Assembly: GCA_016198685.1 (NCBI GenBank) | Contig: JACQID010000004.1 | Location: 224,001-288,000, forward strand | DNA length: 64,000 nt | Direction of reading: 5' to 3' | From: Candidatus Aenigmatarchaeota archaeon | GTDB lineage: Archaea > Aenigmatarchaeota > Aenigmatarchaeia > GW2011-AR5 | Shown here: in pieces, positions 47,955 to 57,283 of the stretch | Layout of the letters: each line of letters starts with the position of its first letter | How positions within the stretch are numbered: position 1 is the stretch's first letter | Translations under genes and position numbers: made by a program | The notes under the pieces: model-generated | The model's input: the letters and a program-made list of their open reading frames with translations, nothing else | The model's database searches: none | Told to the model about the DNA's origin: nothing

Positions 47955-50900
47955 TTCGACTCAAAGTTATATGTGGTGGTCATGACGCTCATTGTTGATG
48001 TTTTTGGCGTTATGGTTATCGTTCCTGTCCAGTTGCCCGCCTGGGTGACGTTGAATGTCCAATTGAATTGGCGCGTGACGCCTATATTCATTATCATATT
48101 GCCATGCGTAAGGTTAGTCAGATTATTTGATATTGCAGAAGAATTGGTGCTGTGTACAGGCTTGCTTATTGCAATATCGGCATTGACCTGGCTCGATGAA
48201 GGATTATTTATGGAAACCGATATGTTGAAGTTCTCCCTGAAGGTTGCGTTTCCCGGGAGCAACGCAGATACTGTGTTGTCGGTCACATAGCTTTGGTTAG
48301 ATTTCGTTGCATTATAAACGGATTTTCCTTCTATCCTCAGGTTCTTCTGCGCAACTATGACTTCCCTGCTTCCCACGGTTGTAGAATTGCCGTAAGTAGC
48401 CTGATATTCCACAGATAGCCTGCCGATAGGCCATGTGAAGCTTCCTGCAGGCGTTATTGAAACATTGGCGGCCCCGCCTGCATCGGTGATGTTTGATGCG
48501 CCTGTCCAGTTTGAATCTGATGTATTCACGTTGGCACCTGTTGCAGTATTCCATATCTTTCGCACCGAAACATTGGCATTGGCAAGCACCATGCTCCTGT
48601 TGTAGTTAAGGCTTACGTTTATTGTTGAGGTTATCGCCGATGTCGGCGTTATGTCGGTGATTCCTGTTATCGCTCCCCATACTCCTGGAAATTCAGCACT
48701 TATGCTTGTCATGAATGTCGTGGCTACGCCATCTTTCAAGGCGGAAATTTCAACATCATAATACGCCCATCCCCATGGTGGGGTAGGCCATGTGTTGTTC
48801 AATCCCGGAGGCGTTATGTTTATTGTCTCAGCGTTGCTTTGGGTAGTCCTGTTTATCGCCACAACAAAGCTATGCTGGACACATGCGTTGTCACAACTCC
48901 AATATCTGAACGTGGCGTTGGATACCGTGACTCCAGAGGACCCACTTATGTTCAATTTCATGCTTTCATTTATGTAATAACTGTACCTGAATTTCTCTCC
49001 TGCGAATTCAAAGGGATAGAGTATTTTTCCGCTTAGTGCGAATGATGAAAGCCTAAATGTGGCATATCCTATATGAGCTGTTGATGTTACATTTTGGCTG
49101 TCGTTTGCCGTGATCTCGGGATAATAATAGCCTTCTGAGAGCGCAGTGGTATTCAGGCTAAGCCTCTTCTGGCTGGACGTGTAAGTATATATCAAGCCCG
49201 ATGTATCCACGCTTGTGCAAGTGCCGCTCTGGCAATGCTTCATCGTGGATATCTTGACATCGTTAAGCGTTACAGGCGTTCCTGAGGAACTGTCAGCTAC
49301 AATATCGAATGTCACATTTTCCCCTTTCTGGTATTCAAATCTTGAAGCGAATGCATACAATCGGAACGCTATGACCTCGAACCATGCTTCGGAAAATACT
49401 ACGTTGCCATTGGCATCCGATATTTTCAATTTTGCCCTATATGTACCAGACGGCAAACCGGATCCGAGGGGCGTTATATTTATATTAAGATCTCCTACGG
49501 TTGCAGGATTGCCGCTTACTGCCTTCACGGTATAGTCAGTTCCATTAACAAGAGTGGCTCCTGTCAAGGTATTCTGAAGACTCAGAATATCTATGTAAAC
49601 CTGCCCGTTGTAATATGACGATGTACCTGGACTGCCAACATGAACTTTCAGGCTCATGTTGTTTTTCGGATGATTGCTCCATGCGTCAGTCCATGACCAT
49701 ACATCAAACAGCCTGACATCGAACCATGTGCTTACTTCTACCTTTCCTCCTGTAGCCGAACCATTCTGCAATGTTCGCGTAAGATTAACAACAGCCTGAT
49801 AACTGCCCTCATCCCATCCGCCTGACCTTGAGAGATTCATTATAAGACGTGTCGGCATTGTGATATTGGATGTCTTGAGTGCAATGCCGGATACCTCGCT
49901 TCGCGACCATGTTGCCCTGTCGTATTTATACACGGTAATCTCGGGTGAGCCGGAAGTATAAGAAGTGTTAAGCGTTACCTGCTGCCCGGAAAGTGTTCCT
50001 TGGGCATATATTGTAATGTTGTCCGAAGACCCATAAGTCCATTTTTCTGTCCAAGCACTGGGAGTAAAGTCCCTTACATCAAACCATACATAAGTTCGCT
50101 TGACGTCGCTGCTCTCGTTTATCCTTATGGCGATCTGGTAAAACCCGTTCGGCAAACTCTGGCTCAGGCTCACGTTTGCCGCTGCGCTATACTTGTTGTT
50201 TGAAGTCGTGGCATCTGACCACAACGAACTTGAAACCGGTGCTCCTGTCATTGAATTTATCACCGATTCAATATTGGTTTCGGTACTGCCTGTATATGCG
50301 CGTCCGCTTGAAGGATCTGTTATCGTGCAACTTATGTTAACTGAAACTCCTGACTGTATGTCTCCCCATGAAACCCTGTTGCAGCTCGCAAAGAAGGTTT
50401 CTATCTTGAATCCCCATTCGGCTTTTTCCGTGCCAAGGGAATTATTGAATTCTGCGGAGACAAAATAATCTCCCGAATCCCATGTCCCGCCTGCCGCCCC
50501 ATCGTCGAGTGGTTTCAAGACGAAAGTGCCAACGCCGGGTATTAGAATATTGCCCGTGCCCTTTATTGTCCCGTCTTTGCTTGTGACATTGTAATCTACT
50601 TTTTCCTGAAGCACGGTCTCCCCTGATGAAAAGTCAAACTTGGCTACTTTTACGGATTTTAGCGTCACGTTGTAATATGATGTCTGCGAATTATCTCCTA
50701 CTGAAACGCCAGACGAGCCTCCTAATCCTGAAGTTTCTCCAAGATCCTGTATGTATCCAATAGACCAATTCGAAACATTTCCTTCGGAGTTTCCAGGCCC
50801 TCTCATTCCTAACTTGTAGTATTTGCCTGTCGTGCTATTGACGCAGAAATATCTTGTGTGCGTTGCATTGTAAGAGCCTGCTAATGTCATGTTCGTCGTG

Positions 50901-53900
50901 TTTCTGTATCCCTGATTGCTATACACAGGCGCAAAACCCGGACCGGTGCACTTGAAGCCCTGGAAAGGCCCGCCACTATCATAGTCGCTAAGTATCTTTT
51001 CTCCTGAAACGCATTTGCTGAAAACGGAATTCATGCATCCCATGAAAGCTATGGTCGAATTCTTTGTGACGCCCCCGCTCGTAAGGTTAACCGCAGAGAG
51101 GTTCGCCATATCTATATCTGACACGTTGCTCGTTGTCATGTTGATGTCCGGGAAAGTATCCCCGTCAAGATCAAATCCTCGGCCGGCTACAACCACTCCT
51201 TCCTCCAATATGGCTTCAGGAGTTCCGATAGGGCCGCCTCCGCCACCGCAAGTCGTATCTTCAGGAGGACAACCACCACCGAATTGGTTTCTCATCCATG
51301 AAGGGTCGGAAGAGATAGTCGCTGTGAAATTTATGTTGTCGCTTCTACCATATCTCCAGTTGCTGCTGCTTATTTCGGCAAAGAAGTTTCTTACCATGAA
51401 GAAACCTTCAACCTGGTCCGTAACCGTCCCGTTTGTAACATCAAAAACGATGAGATACTGGCCGTTGCTCCATCCTCCAGTAGGCGGCTCAAGGGTCATA
51501 AGCACTCTTCCGGAAGCGTCTGTAGTTCCTTGGGTGACCGTCTTATCATATGTTAATTCGGATGGAGGGAAGCTCGCAAAGCTTAATATTTTTTTCAGCG
51601 AAACCGTAAGGTTGGCTGCCGGCCTGTAATTCACTACATTGAACACGTCGATCTTCATGCTCACGTTCTCATTTTTGCCTATTGTGAAGTCGGGCACGTT
51701 AGTTTCTGGGTTTACCGGCATTCCAAATCCTTCGAATATTTTTGACATGAAGAATCCTTCGCCGCTGTCTATTCCGCCCGAAAAGTTCACAATGACTTTA
51801 ACTATGTAGAAGCCGGATTTCCAGCCTGTTGCAGGCGCGGATATGACCGTGCTGTTCGAACCTCCGTCTATTCGTATTGTCGTGTTAGTAGAATCTATCT
51901 TCTTGGGCGGGAATATGAATTCACCTGCATTCCCTCCATAAAAAACGCCGCTTATCGTAAGCGTGCCTGTCCTATTTGCCGTCTGCCATGTTCCAGGTTC
52001 TCTTACAGTCACTGAGACATTTACAGCCGTGTTCGGGCCTACGTTCCAGTTTTGGAAGCTATTGAAACCCAACGAAGAAGCATCGGTCGTTGTGTTTGCA
52101 CGAACCGTGACATCCATGAAGTATTTCCTTACGTCGAAGAAGCCCTGGGCACGATCGGTTTTGTTGTCCGACGTTGAAAGATTGAAAAATGCGATATAAA
52201 ATCCGCCAGTCCAGTTCTGGCCGTTGACGCTCGATTTCATGCTGATTGCGCAACTGCCTGAAGAATCTGTAACGCAATTCGTCAGTGTTACGGATGAAGT
52301 CCAGTCTTCTTCGGTATTAAGATTGATTATTTTAGTAACTGTTACTTGTGCTCCCTGTACTGATGAACCGCCGCCTATGCCAAACAACCCGCCTTCAACG
52401 CCTCTTGGGCCGCCTCCAAATGATCCCTTGGACATGAAGCCTTCATTGCCCTGCTTCTCGCTTGCCGTTGTAACGCTTACATTGAGCTGAACAGTGTCAT
52501 TGGGTCTGAAGAACCAGAAAAATCCCGGTCCCGGACCGCCTGCGCCCGGTGTAGGAGTAGTGCTTCCAGGGCTTCCCGCGCTTACAGGGCGTATAGTTAC
52601 ATCCAGCGACCTGACTTTGAAATTGCCGTCAACAGAAACCGAGCCTACAGGCGTATCTGTCTGGGCTTTTACAAAATAATCCCCGCCTTTTACAGGAGCC
52701 GTCAAATTAATGTATGTATAATTTCCAGACGTGTATGTTGCATTCGTCCCGAATAATGAAGTCTTGTCATTTCCTTCACTATCTGCAATCGAATAACTTG
52801 AAATGCCCGTGACGGGTACTGTGCCAGAAACATTCTGCGCAGAGAACCTAAGGACTATTTTCTTGCCTGCAACGAAGTCTCGTTGTGAGACGCCGTTCGG
52901 GAACGTATCCATCGACACAACAAAGCCTTTTGCCCTCTGGATCGTGAAGTACCCTATTCCAGAGCCTGATCCAAAGGTATCGTTTATGCTTATCAGGACT
53001 TTATAAGTGCCGGAAGCCGAGGTCCCCGGAATCAAAAATGACATCTTGTATTTGCCGTCAGTACTGACTTGATCCGTGACAGTAGGCGAGATCGCCGTAT
53101 CTACTCCTGAAGGATCATATATTTTTGCGCCTGAAGTTATCGTAGTCGCCTTGCCTGCGATGTTATCGCTTGTAGATGCGTTTTTCAATTTCAACCCAAG
53201 GGTCACGGTCGAACCCGGATAAAAAACAAGCTGACCGTCCCATGCACTAATTTCCATTACGTATGCCCTGACTTCAAAGCTGCCGAGCAGTTCCTTTGTT
53301 ATATTTGAACCCTGTGCAGTCACGGTAGCTGTAACAGAATATATGCCTTCGCCTGTTGAAGAAAATTTGTCCTCATAAACGCCTGTGAGGCTTGTAGCAG
53401 AGCTGTCCGTAGCCTGAGTCATTGCAGTTACGGTTGTCTTGGTTCCGTTCGGTGCAGTTATCACGAGTTGCCTTGTTGAAGCCGTGGCTCCATTGCCATT
53501 TGCATTCTTCACCGTGATCCTGATAGTTACATTGTCCCCGCGGCCGACTACTGTAGGCGATATTTTCATTGAAGCGCTGAAACCGCCTACAAGAAGCGGA
53601 ACTGCCTGCTCGAATTTGTTTATTTCGACTATGTATTCACCTTCCGTGCTTGGAACTGTGAAGGAAGTCGAGCATTTACCTACGCTGTCGGTTGTGCAGG
53701 AAGTTATTTCACTTATCAAGGTCCCATTCTTGTATCGTAAATTCGGCATTATCAAAACAGAAGGAACGCCGTTGCCGTTCGAATTCACGACAGTGGCAAC
53801 AAGACTTGCAACCGTATCGGTGCTATATGAAGGCTTGTTAAGCGATATCAAAATTTTTGAATAGGGGAGAACCTTGATAAAGTGGCTAACTACCGTGCCG

Positions 53901-54205
53901 GAAGCGTTTGCAAGTATGGTATAGTTACCGGATGAAGAAAGTGAGAAAGTATAATTTGCGCCTCCTGTAGAATTGGTCGTCAATGAAGAAGATGAAACCG
54001 CCGCGCCTGATGAGTCTTTAACTGTCAGCAAAACAGATTCGTTCGAGATAGCGGTTGTATTGTCAGACACTACAACAGACGAGTAGATGCTCTCGTTTAC
54101 ATTGAACGAATACTTGTTTGTTTTCACTGAAACATCAAGCGAAAAAGAAGGCATAGCAATGAGAAGAATCGCAGCGACCAAAACAAATTTTGATGCTCTT
54201 CCCAC
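47951..54205 (-). CDS. 2084-aa secreted multi-beta-sandwich (macroglobulin-like/Ig-like) surface protein
   Basis: GTG start with GGTGA SD, signal peptide, about 15 modules each opening with a K/W-x-Y/F-xx-G/N-D/E-x-V-like motif and ending (G/W)-F-x-V-R; 4-nt overlap with the next gene. Confidence 0.85.
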   Translation of the reverse strand: MGRASKFVLVAAILLIAMPSFSLDVSVKTNKYSFNVNESIYSSVVVSDNTTAISNESVLLTVKDSSGAAVSSSSLTTNSTGGANYTFSLSSSGNYTILANASGTVVSHFIKVLPYSKILISLNKPSYSTDTVASLVATVVNSNGNGVPSVLIMPNLRYKNGTLISEITSCTTDSVGKCSTSFTVPSTEGEYIVEINKFEQAVPLLVGGFSASMKISPTVVGRGDNVTIRITVKNANGNGATASTRQLVITAPNGTKTTVTAMTQATDSSATSLTGVYEDKFSSTGEGIYSVTATVTAQGSNITKELLGSFEVRAYVMEISAWDGQLVFYPGSTVTLGLKLKNASTSDNIAGKATTITSGAKIYDPSGVDTAISPTVTDQVSTDGKYKMSFLIPGTSASGTYKVLISINDTFGSGSGIGYFTIQRAKGFVVSMDTFPNGVSQRDFVAGKKIVLRFSAQNVSGTVPVTGISSYSIADSEGNDKTSLFGTNATYTSGNYTYINLTAPVKGGDYFVKAQTDTPVGSVSVDGNFKVRSLDVTIRPVSAGSPGSTTPTPGAGGPGPGFFWFFRPNDTVQLNVSVTTASEKQGNEGFMSKGSFGGGPRGVEGGLFGIGGGSSVQGAQVTVTKIINLNTEEDWTSSVTLTNCVTDSSGSCAISMKSSVNGQNWTGGFYIAFFNLSTSDNKTDRAQGFFDVRKYFMDVTVRANTTTDASSLGFNSFQNWNVGPNTAVNVSVTVREPGTWQTANRTGTLTISGVFYGGNAGEFIFPPKKIDSTNTTIRIDGGSNSTVISAPATGWKSGFYIVKVIVNFSGGIDSGEGFFMSKIFEGFGMPVNPETNVPDFTIGKNENVSMKIDVFNVVNYRPAANLTVSLKKILSFASFPPSELTYDKTVTQGTTDASGRVLMTLEPPTGGWSNGQYLIVFDVTNGTVTDQVEGFFMVRNFFAEISSSNWRYGRSDNINFTATISSDPSWMRNQFGGGCPPEDTTCGGGGGPIGTPEAILEEGVVVAGRGFDLDGDTFPDINMTTSNVSDIDMANLSAVNLTSGGVTKNSTIAFMGCMNSVFSKCVSGEKILSDYDSGGPFQGFKCTGPGFAPVYSNQGYRNTTNMTLAGSYNATHTRYFCVNSTTGKYYKLGMRGPGNSEGNVSNWSIGYIQDLGETSGLGGSSGVSVGDNSQTSYYNVTLKSVKVAKFDFSSGETVLQEKVDYNVTSKDGTIKGTGNILIPGVGTFVLKPLDDGAAGGTWDSGDYFVSAEFNNSLGTEKAEWGFKIETFFASCNRVSWGDIQSGVSVNISCTITDPSSGRAYTGSTETNIESVINSMTGAPVSSSLWSDATTSNNKYSAAANVSLSQSLPNGFYQIAIRINESSDVKRTYVWFDVRDFTPSAWTEKWTYGSSDNITIYAQGTLSGQQVTLNTSYTSGSPEITVYKYDRATWSRSEVSGIALKTSNITMPTRLIMNLSRSGGWDEGSYQAVVNLTRTLQNGSATGGKVEVSTWFDVRLFDVWSWTDAWSNHPKNNMSLKVHVGSPGTSSYYNGQVYIDILSLQNTLTGATLVNGTDYTVKAVSGNPATVGDLNINITPLGSGLPSGTYRAKLKISDANGNVVFSEAWFEVIAFRLYAFASRFEYQKGENVTFDIVADSSSGTPVTLNDVKISTMKHCQSGTCTSVDTSGLIYTYTSSQKRLSLNTTALSEGYYYPEITANDSQNVTSTAHIGYATFRLSSFALSGKILYPFEFAGEKFRYSYYINESMKLNISGSSGVTVSNATFRYWSCDNACVQHSFVVAINRTTQSNAETINITPPGLNNTWPTPPWGWAYYDVEISALKDGVATTFMTSISAEFPGVWGAITGITDITPTSAITSTINVSLNYNRSMVLANANVSVRKIWNTATGANVNTSDSNWTGASNITDAGGAANVSITPAGSFTWPIGRLSVEYQATYGNSTTVGSREVIVAQKNLRIEGKSVYNATKSNQSYVTDNTVSALLPGNATFRENFNISVSINNPSSSQVNADIAISKPVHSTNSSAISNNLTNLTHGNMIMNIGVTRQFNWTFNVTQAGNWTGTITITPKTSTMSVMTTTYNFESK

Positions 54206-54356
54206 TGAATCACCGGAATAATAAAACGTTTATGTGAAGAAGTTGTATATAAAGCTAACGCAATTTTTATCGGAATTCCGCTTTTTTTGCGCGATAAAGG
54301 AAAATTTTCATATTTTTGGAACGAATAAATATCTTCTGAAAGTAATTAATCAAGCC

Positions 54357-54427
54357 GCCGGGTTGACAGAGCGGCCATGTGCTCGCCTGCAAAGCGAGAT
54401 AGAGGCGTTCAACTCGCCTACCCGGCT
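54357..54427 (+). tRNA. tRNA-Cys (GCA), no encoded CCA
   Basis: GCCGGGT/ACCCGGC acceptor, CTCGC-CT GCA AA-GCGAG, AGGCG-TTCAACT-CGCCT, U73. Confidence 0.93.
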
Positions 54428-54436
54428 TCGTAATGA

Positions 54437-54658
54437 TGCAACGAATGGACAACCTCCGATTCTTCAAACGCAGCCATGTCAGGATATATTCATGGCACGA
54501 CAGACTGGTCTTCTGCTGTAGATATGCAGTGCAATTCAAATTTTCGAATATACTGCTTCGAAAAAGCGTATCCTTCATCAACTACCACCACAGTCGTGGT
54601 TTCGGCGTGCGGCGACTCTGATGGAGGGGGTCGGGAGAATCTGCTGCGGTTAATGTAA
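54437..54658 (+). pseudogene. Start-less fragment of a surface-protein gene (DUF1554-like C-terminus + Thr linker + C.DSDGG)
   Basis: CNEWTTSDSSNAAMSG..WSSAVDMQCNSNFRIYCFE..STTTTVVVSACGDSDGG; in-frame TGA at 54434. Confidence 0.5.
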
Positions 54659-54874
54659 GAACAACTTCTCGTTTCAGTACTGGCAGCATCGAAAATGGCA
54701 ATCCTGCCAAAGTAGACATAGAATACTACGAGCCGTAGGGAATGATATTTACTTAATCGATTAATGAATCTATTAACTGTAGAAAGCTTTATTAATTTTT
54801 AGTTGTAATTATATATATTCATATTTTCTTGTTAGTTTTCTTGTTAGTTTATAATCAAAACTTGAGGTAAAAAT

Positions 54875-55075
54875 ATGACAGAATATGAAAAAGGGCCTGA
54901 AGGACCAGAGTATAGACCTGAAGATCACTATAGGAGTACAGGTATACGCAAACTCATTCGGGACATTGTCGAACTTTATGGTACTGAGCCAATGAGTAGA
55001 GAAAATAGGCCAACGGCCCGAAGTGACTTAAAAGCTATGTTACATCGTTTTACACAACCTTGGAGAAGACCGTAG
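54875..55075 (+). CDS. Putative antitoxin (66 aa, family not recognised)
   Basis: GAGGT SD; ends 12 nt before the PIN gene. Confidence 0.55.
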   Translation: MTEYEKGPEGPEYRPEDHYRSTGIRKLIRDIVELYGTEPMSRENRPTARSDLKAMLHRFTQPWRRP

Positions 55076-55087
55076 ACAAATATCATA

Positions 55088-55594
55088 GTGCCCTTTTATT
55101 ATCTTGATACATCAGCTTGGGTAAAGCGATATATAACTGAAAATGGCAGTGACTTTGTCGATCAACTTTTTGATGGAAAAATGTCAAACGAAAAATTTCT
55201 GACTTCCATCTATACAGGACTGGAGATGCAAATATCTCTTCAACGCGCGCGACATATGAGAAAAATTGATCTTTTAGATTTCAATCGCATAATGAGGAAT
55301 TATGGCCATGACGTTGTTACCGACAATGTTGAGATAGTTTCCATTGACGATGATATAATACGATCAGCTTCCGTTTTATCTGGTAAGTATCCCAAACTAG
55401 GCGAAGGAGATACGATCCACCTCGCTACAGCGCTTGATTTAGAATATTCTGAAGGCAATGATCTGATAATGATTACAGCTGATAGAGATCTTCTTGAAGC
55501 CTCAATAGCGGAAAATCTATTTTCCCTACACCCTGTATATAACTCTTCAAGACGCGAACTGCGCAGAATAAGAACAGGAAGACGAAGAAGATAA
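55088..55594 (+). CDS. vapC: PIN-domain (VapC-like) ribonuclease toxin
   Basis: YYLDTSAWVKRY, GLE, GDTIHLATA, ITADRDL acidic quartet. Confidence 0.88.
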   Translation: MPFYYLDTSAWVKRYITENGSDFVDQLFDGKMSNEKFLTSIYTGLEMQISLQRARHMRKIDLLDFNRIMRNYGHDVVTDNVEIVSIDDDIIRSASVLSGKYPKLGEGDTIHLATALDLEYSEGNDLIMITADRDLLEASIAENLFSLHPVYNSSRRELRRIRTGRRRR

Positions 55595-55609
55595 GTAACT
55601 ACGATAATT

Positions 55610-56656
55610 TCATTTGTTTTCATTTCTCTGCATTTTATCAACGCTTATTTCCATCCATTTGCCTGCATAATCTTCAGCGCCTACAGCATCCAAGGCTCTT
55701 GATAAAAGGTTATCAGGCGCAAAAACATGCGGTGATCCGGCATCGGTTAGATCAGGTCCTTTGTAAGGAGGGGTATAATCAGGCGTATAGAAAAAAGGCA
55801 TACCCTTATCTATCCTGCTTTTCCTGACGCGCGGATTTTTTATCGCTGAGCCGAAACGTCCCGGACGCTCCGCGTCTATGAAATAAATTTCCCGACCAAA
55901 GCGCTCGTATCTTCCTTCTCTATTCATGCCTTCGGCATCTATTGCCTCTATTTCATCGGAGTGAATAGGCAAATAGAAACCCTGCAATAACGTCATATTT
56001 GTTTCAGATTCATATACTATGTCTACGAAGCCTCCCGCAACGAACAATATATCGCCATTTTCACGCCTGGCGGTTATGGTATCTGAAGGATCAATGATTT
56101 CTGCGTTAATATGCATCGTTGGCAATTGCAATCCTATCTTTTTCGCTGATTCTGAAATGTAAGGCTCCATGCCGACAGGCGCAAGAAGCCGATGATCATC
56201 TTTTGTCACTATCAGGCATTCCTCGGCCGCCTCGCGCATCGCCGTGCTATAAAGCCCGCTGGGGAGATAGACCTCATCATGTGTAGGATGACCCGCAGGG
56301 ATGCTGTGGTATAGGGCATGCGTAGGCGCTCTGATGTCCCGCCTGTGGGATATAATTTTTCCGTCTTTTGTCATGTAAAATATACCTGCACATGGCGGCC
56401 TTATCGGATGCACCTCGTCAGCTATCGCTGAAACACCCTCTTCCTTGAGACGTTTCATGACAGTTATTCCATATTCAGGATTTTGTGGTAAACGTCCACG
56501 AAACGTTTCCGGAAGATTTGGATAGAGAAGGCTTATAGAGAGCCTGCCATCCCGTAGACTTGCAATGGCACGGTCTACCTTCAAATTTCCGGTTCTGTAA
56601 ACTGCCGGATTCATAAAACAATAGATTTGTAAACCCTTTTTAAGTTGTAAATTCAA
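55610..56656 (-). CDS. Hypothetical protein with a Nudix-like box
   Basis: IISHRRD..AP....SIPAGH...TAMREAAEEC. Confidence 0.55.
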   Translation of the reverse strand: MNLQLKKGLQIYCFMNPAVYRTGNLKVDRAIASLRDGRLSISLLYPNLPETFRGRLPQNPEYGITVMKRLKEEGVSAIADEVHPIRPPCAGIFYMTKDGKIISHRRDIRAPTHALYHSIPAGHPTHDEVYLPSGLYSTAMREAAEECLIVTKDDHRLLAPVGMEPYISESAKKIGLQLPTMHINAEIIDPSDTITARRENGDILFVAGGFVDIVYESETNMTLLQGFYLPIHSDEIEAIDAEGMNREGRYERFGREIYFIDAERPGRFGSAIKNPRVRKSRIDKGMPFFYTPDYTPPYKGPDLTDAGSPHVFAPDNLLSRALDAVGAEDYAGKWMEISVDKMQRNENK

Positions 56657-56674
56657 TGAATTCTCGGTGATGGA

Positions 56675-57256
56675 ATGGAAGAGCCGGGAAACGTAAAGGA
56701 TCTTATTCAGGATGTGAAGAACCTATCTGGGCTTATGTTGAATCTTGCTTATTCGTCCGTGTTTTTCGAAAGCAAGGAGATAGCCAAGGAAGTGATCATA
56801 TTGTACAACGATATAGAGAGTCTTGAAGAAAACTTGTATCTGCATTTGTTCGCAGCATCACGCGGCGGCCACCAAGCCAAGAGGCTCATTGGCGTCATAG
56901 ATGTTGCCGAAAGCTCTAAATTTGTTGCAAATGCCGCAAGGAATATGGCCGAGATGGTACTTGAAGGCAGGGAACTGCATCCCGTCATTAAAGACGCCCT
57001 CCGTGAAAGCGACGAAAGCATAGCACGCGAGACCGTGCTGAAAAAATCTATACTTGTAAGCAAGACACTCGGCGACATGAAGCTTAGGACAGAAACAGGC
57101 GCCAACGTCATTGCCATAAAAAGGAATGGGAAATGGATGTTCAATCCCGAAGAAACTACAACCGTTCGCGAGGAAGATGTGCTTATCTTCATCGGCTCCA
57201 AAGAAAGCTGCAAACGCCTCCATAAGCTGGCTAGAGGGGAATTGAAAAAGCTCTAA
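56675..57256 (+). CDS. PhoU-like + TrkA-C (RCK_C) domain protein
   Basis: LMLNLAYSSV; KTLGDMKL...GANVIAIKR..W.FNP. Confidence 0.88.
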   Translation: MEEPGNVKDLIQDVKNLSGLMLNLAYSSVFFESKEIAKEVIILYNDIESLEENLYLHLFAASRGGHQAKRLIGVIDVAESSKFVANAARNMAEMVLEGRELHPVIKDALRESDESIARETVLKKSILVSKTLGDMKLRTETGANVIAIKRNGKWMFNPEETTTVREEDVLIFIGSKESCKRLHKLARGELKKL

Positions 57257-57283
57257 GTATAATATCCTTCGCGGAGGAATATT

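Noticed and set aside
47951-54205. True alpha-2-macroglobulin
   Set aside because: No CGEQ thioester motif or helical TED region; the protein looks all-beta
54433-54621. ORF resembling the IS200 TnpA N-terminus (SH..Y..H.RLVFCCRY)
   Set aside because: No HUH motif follows and the overlapping frame gives a better Cys-patterned surface-domain match
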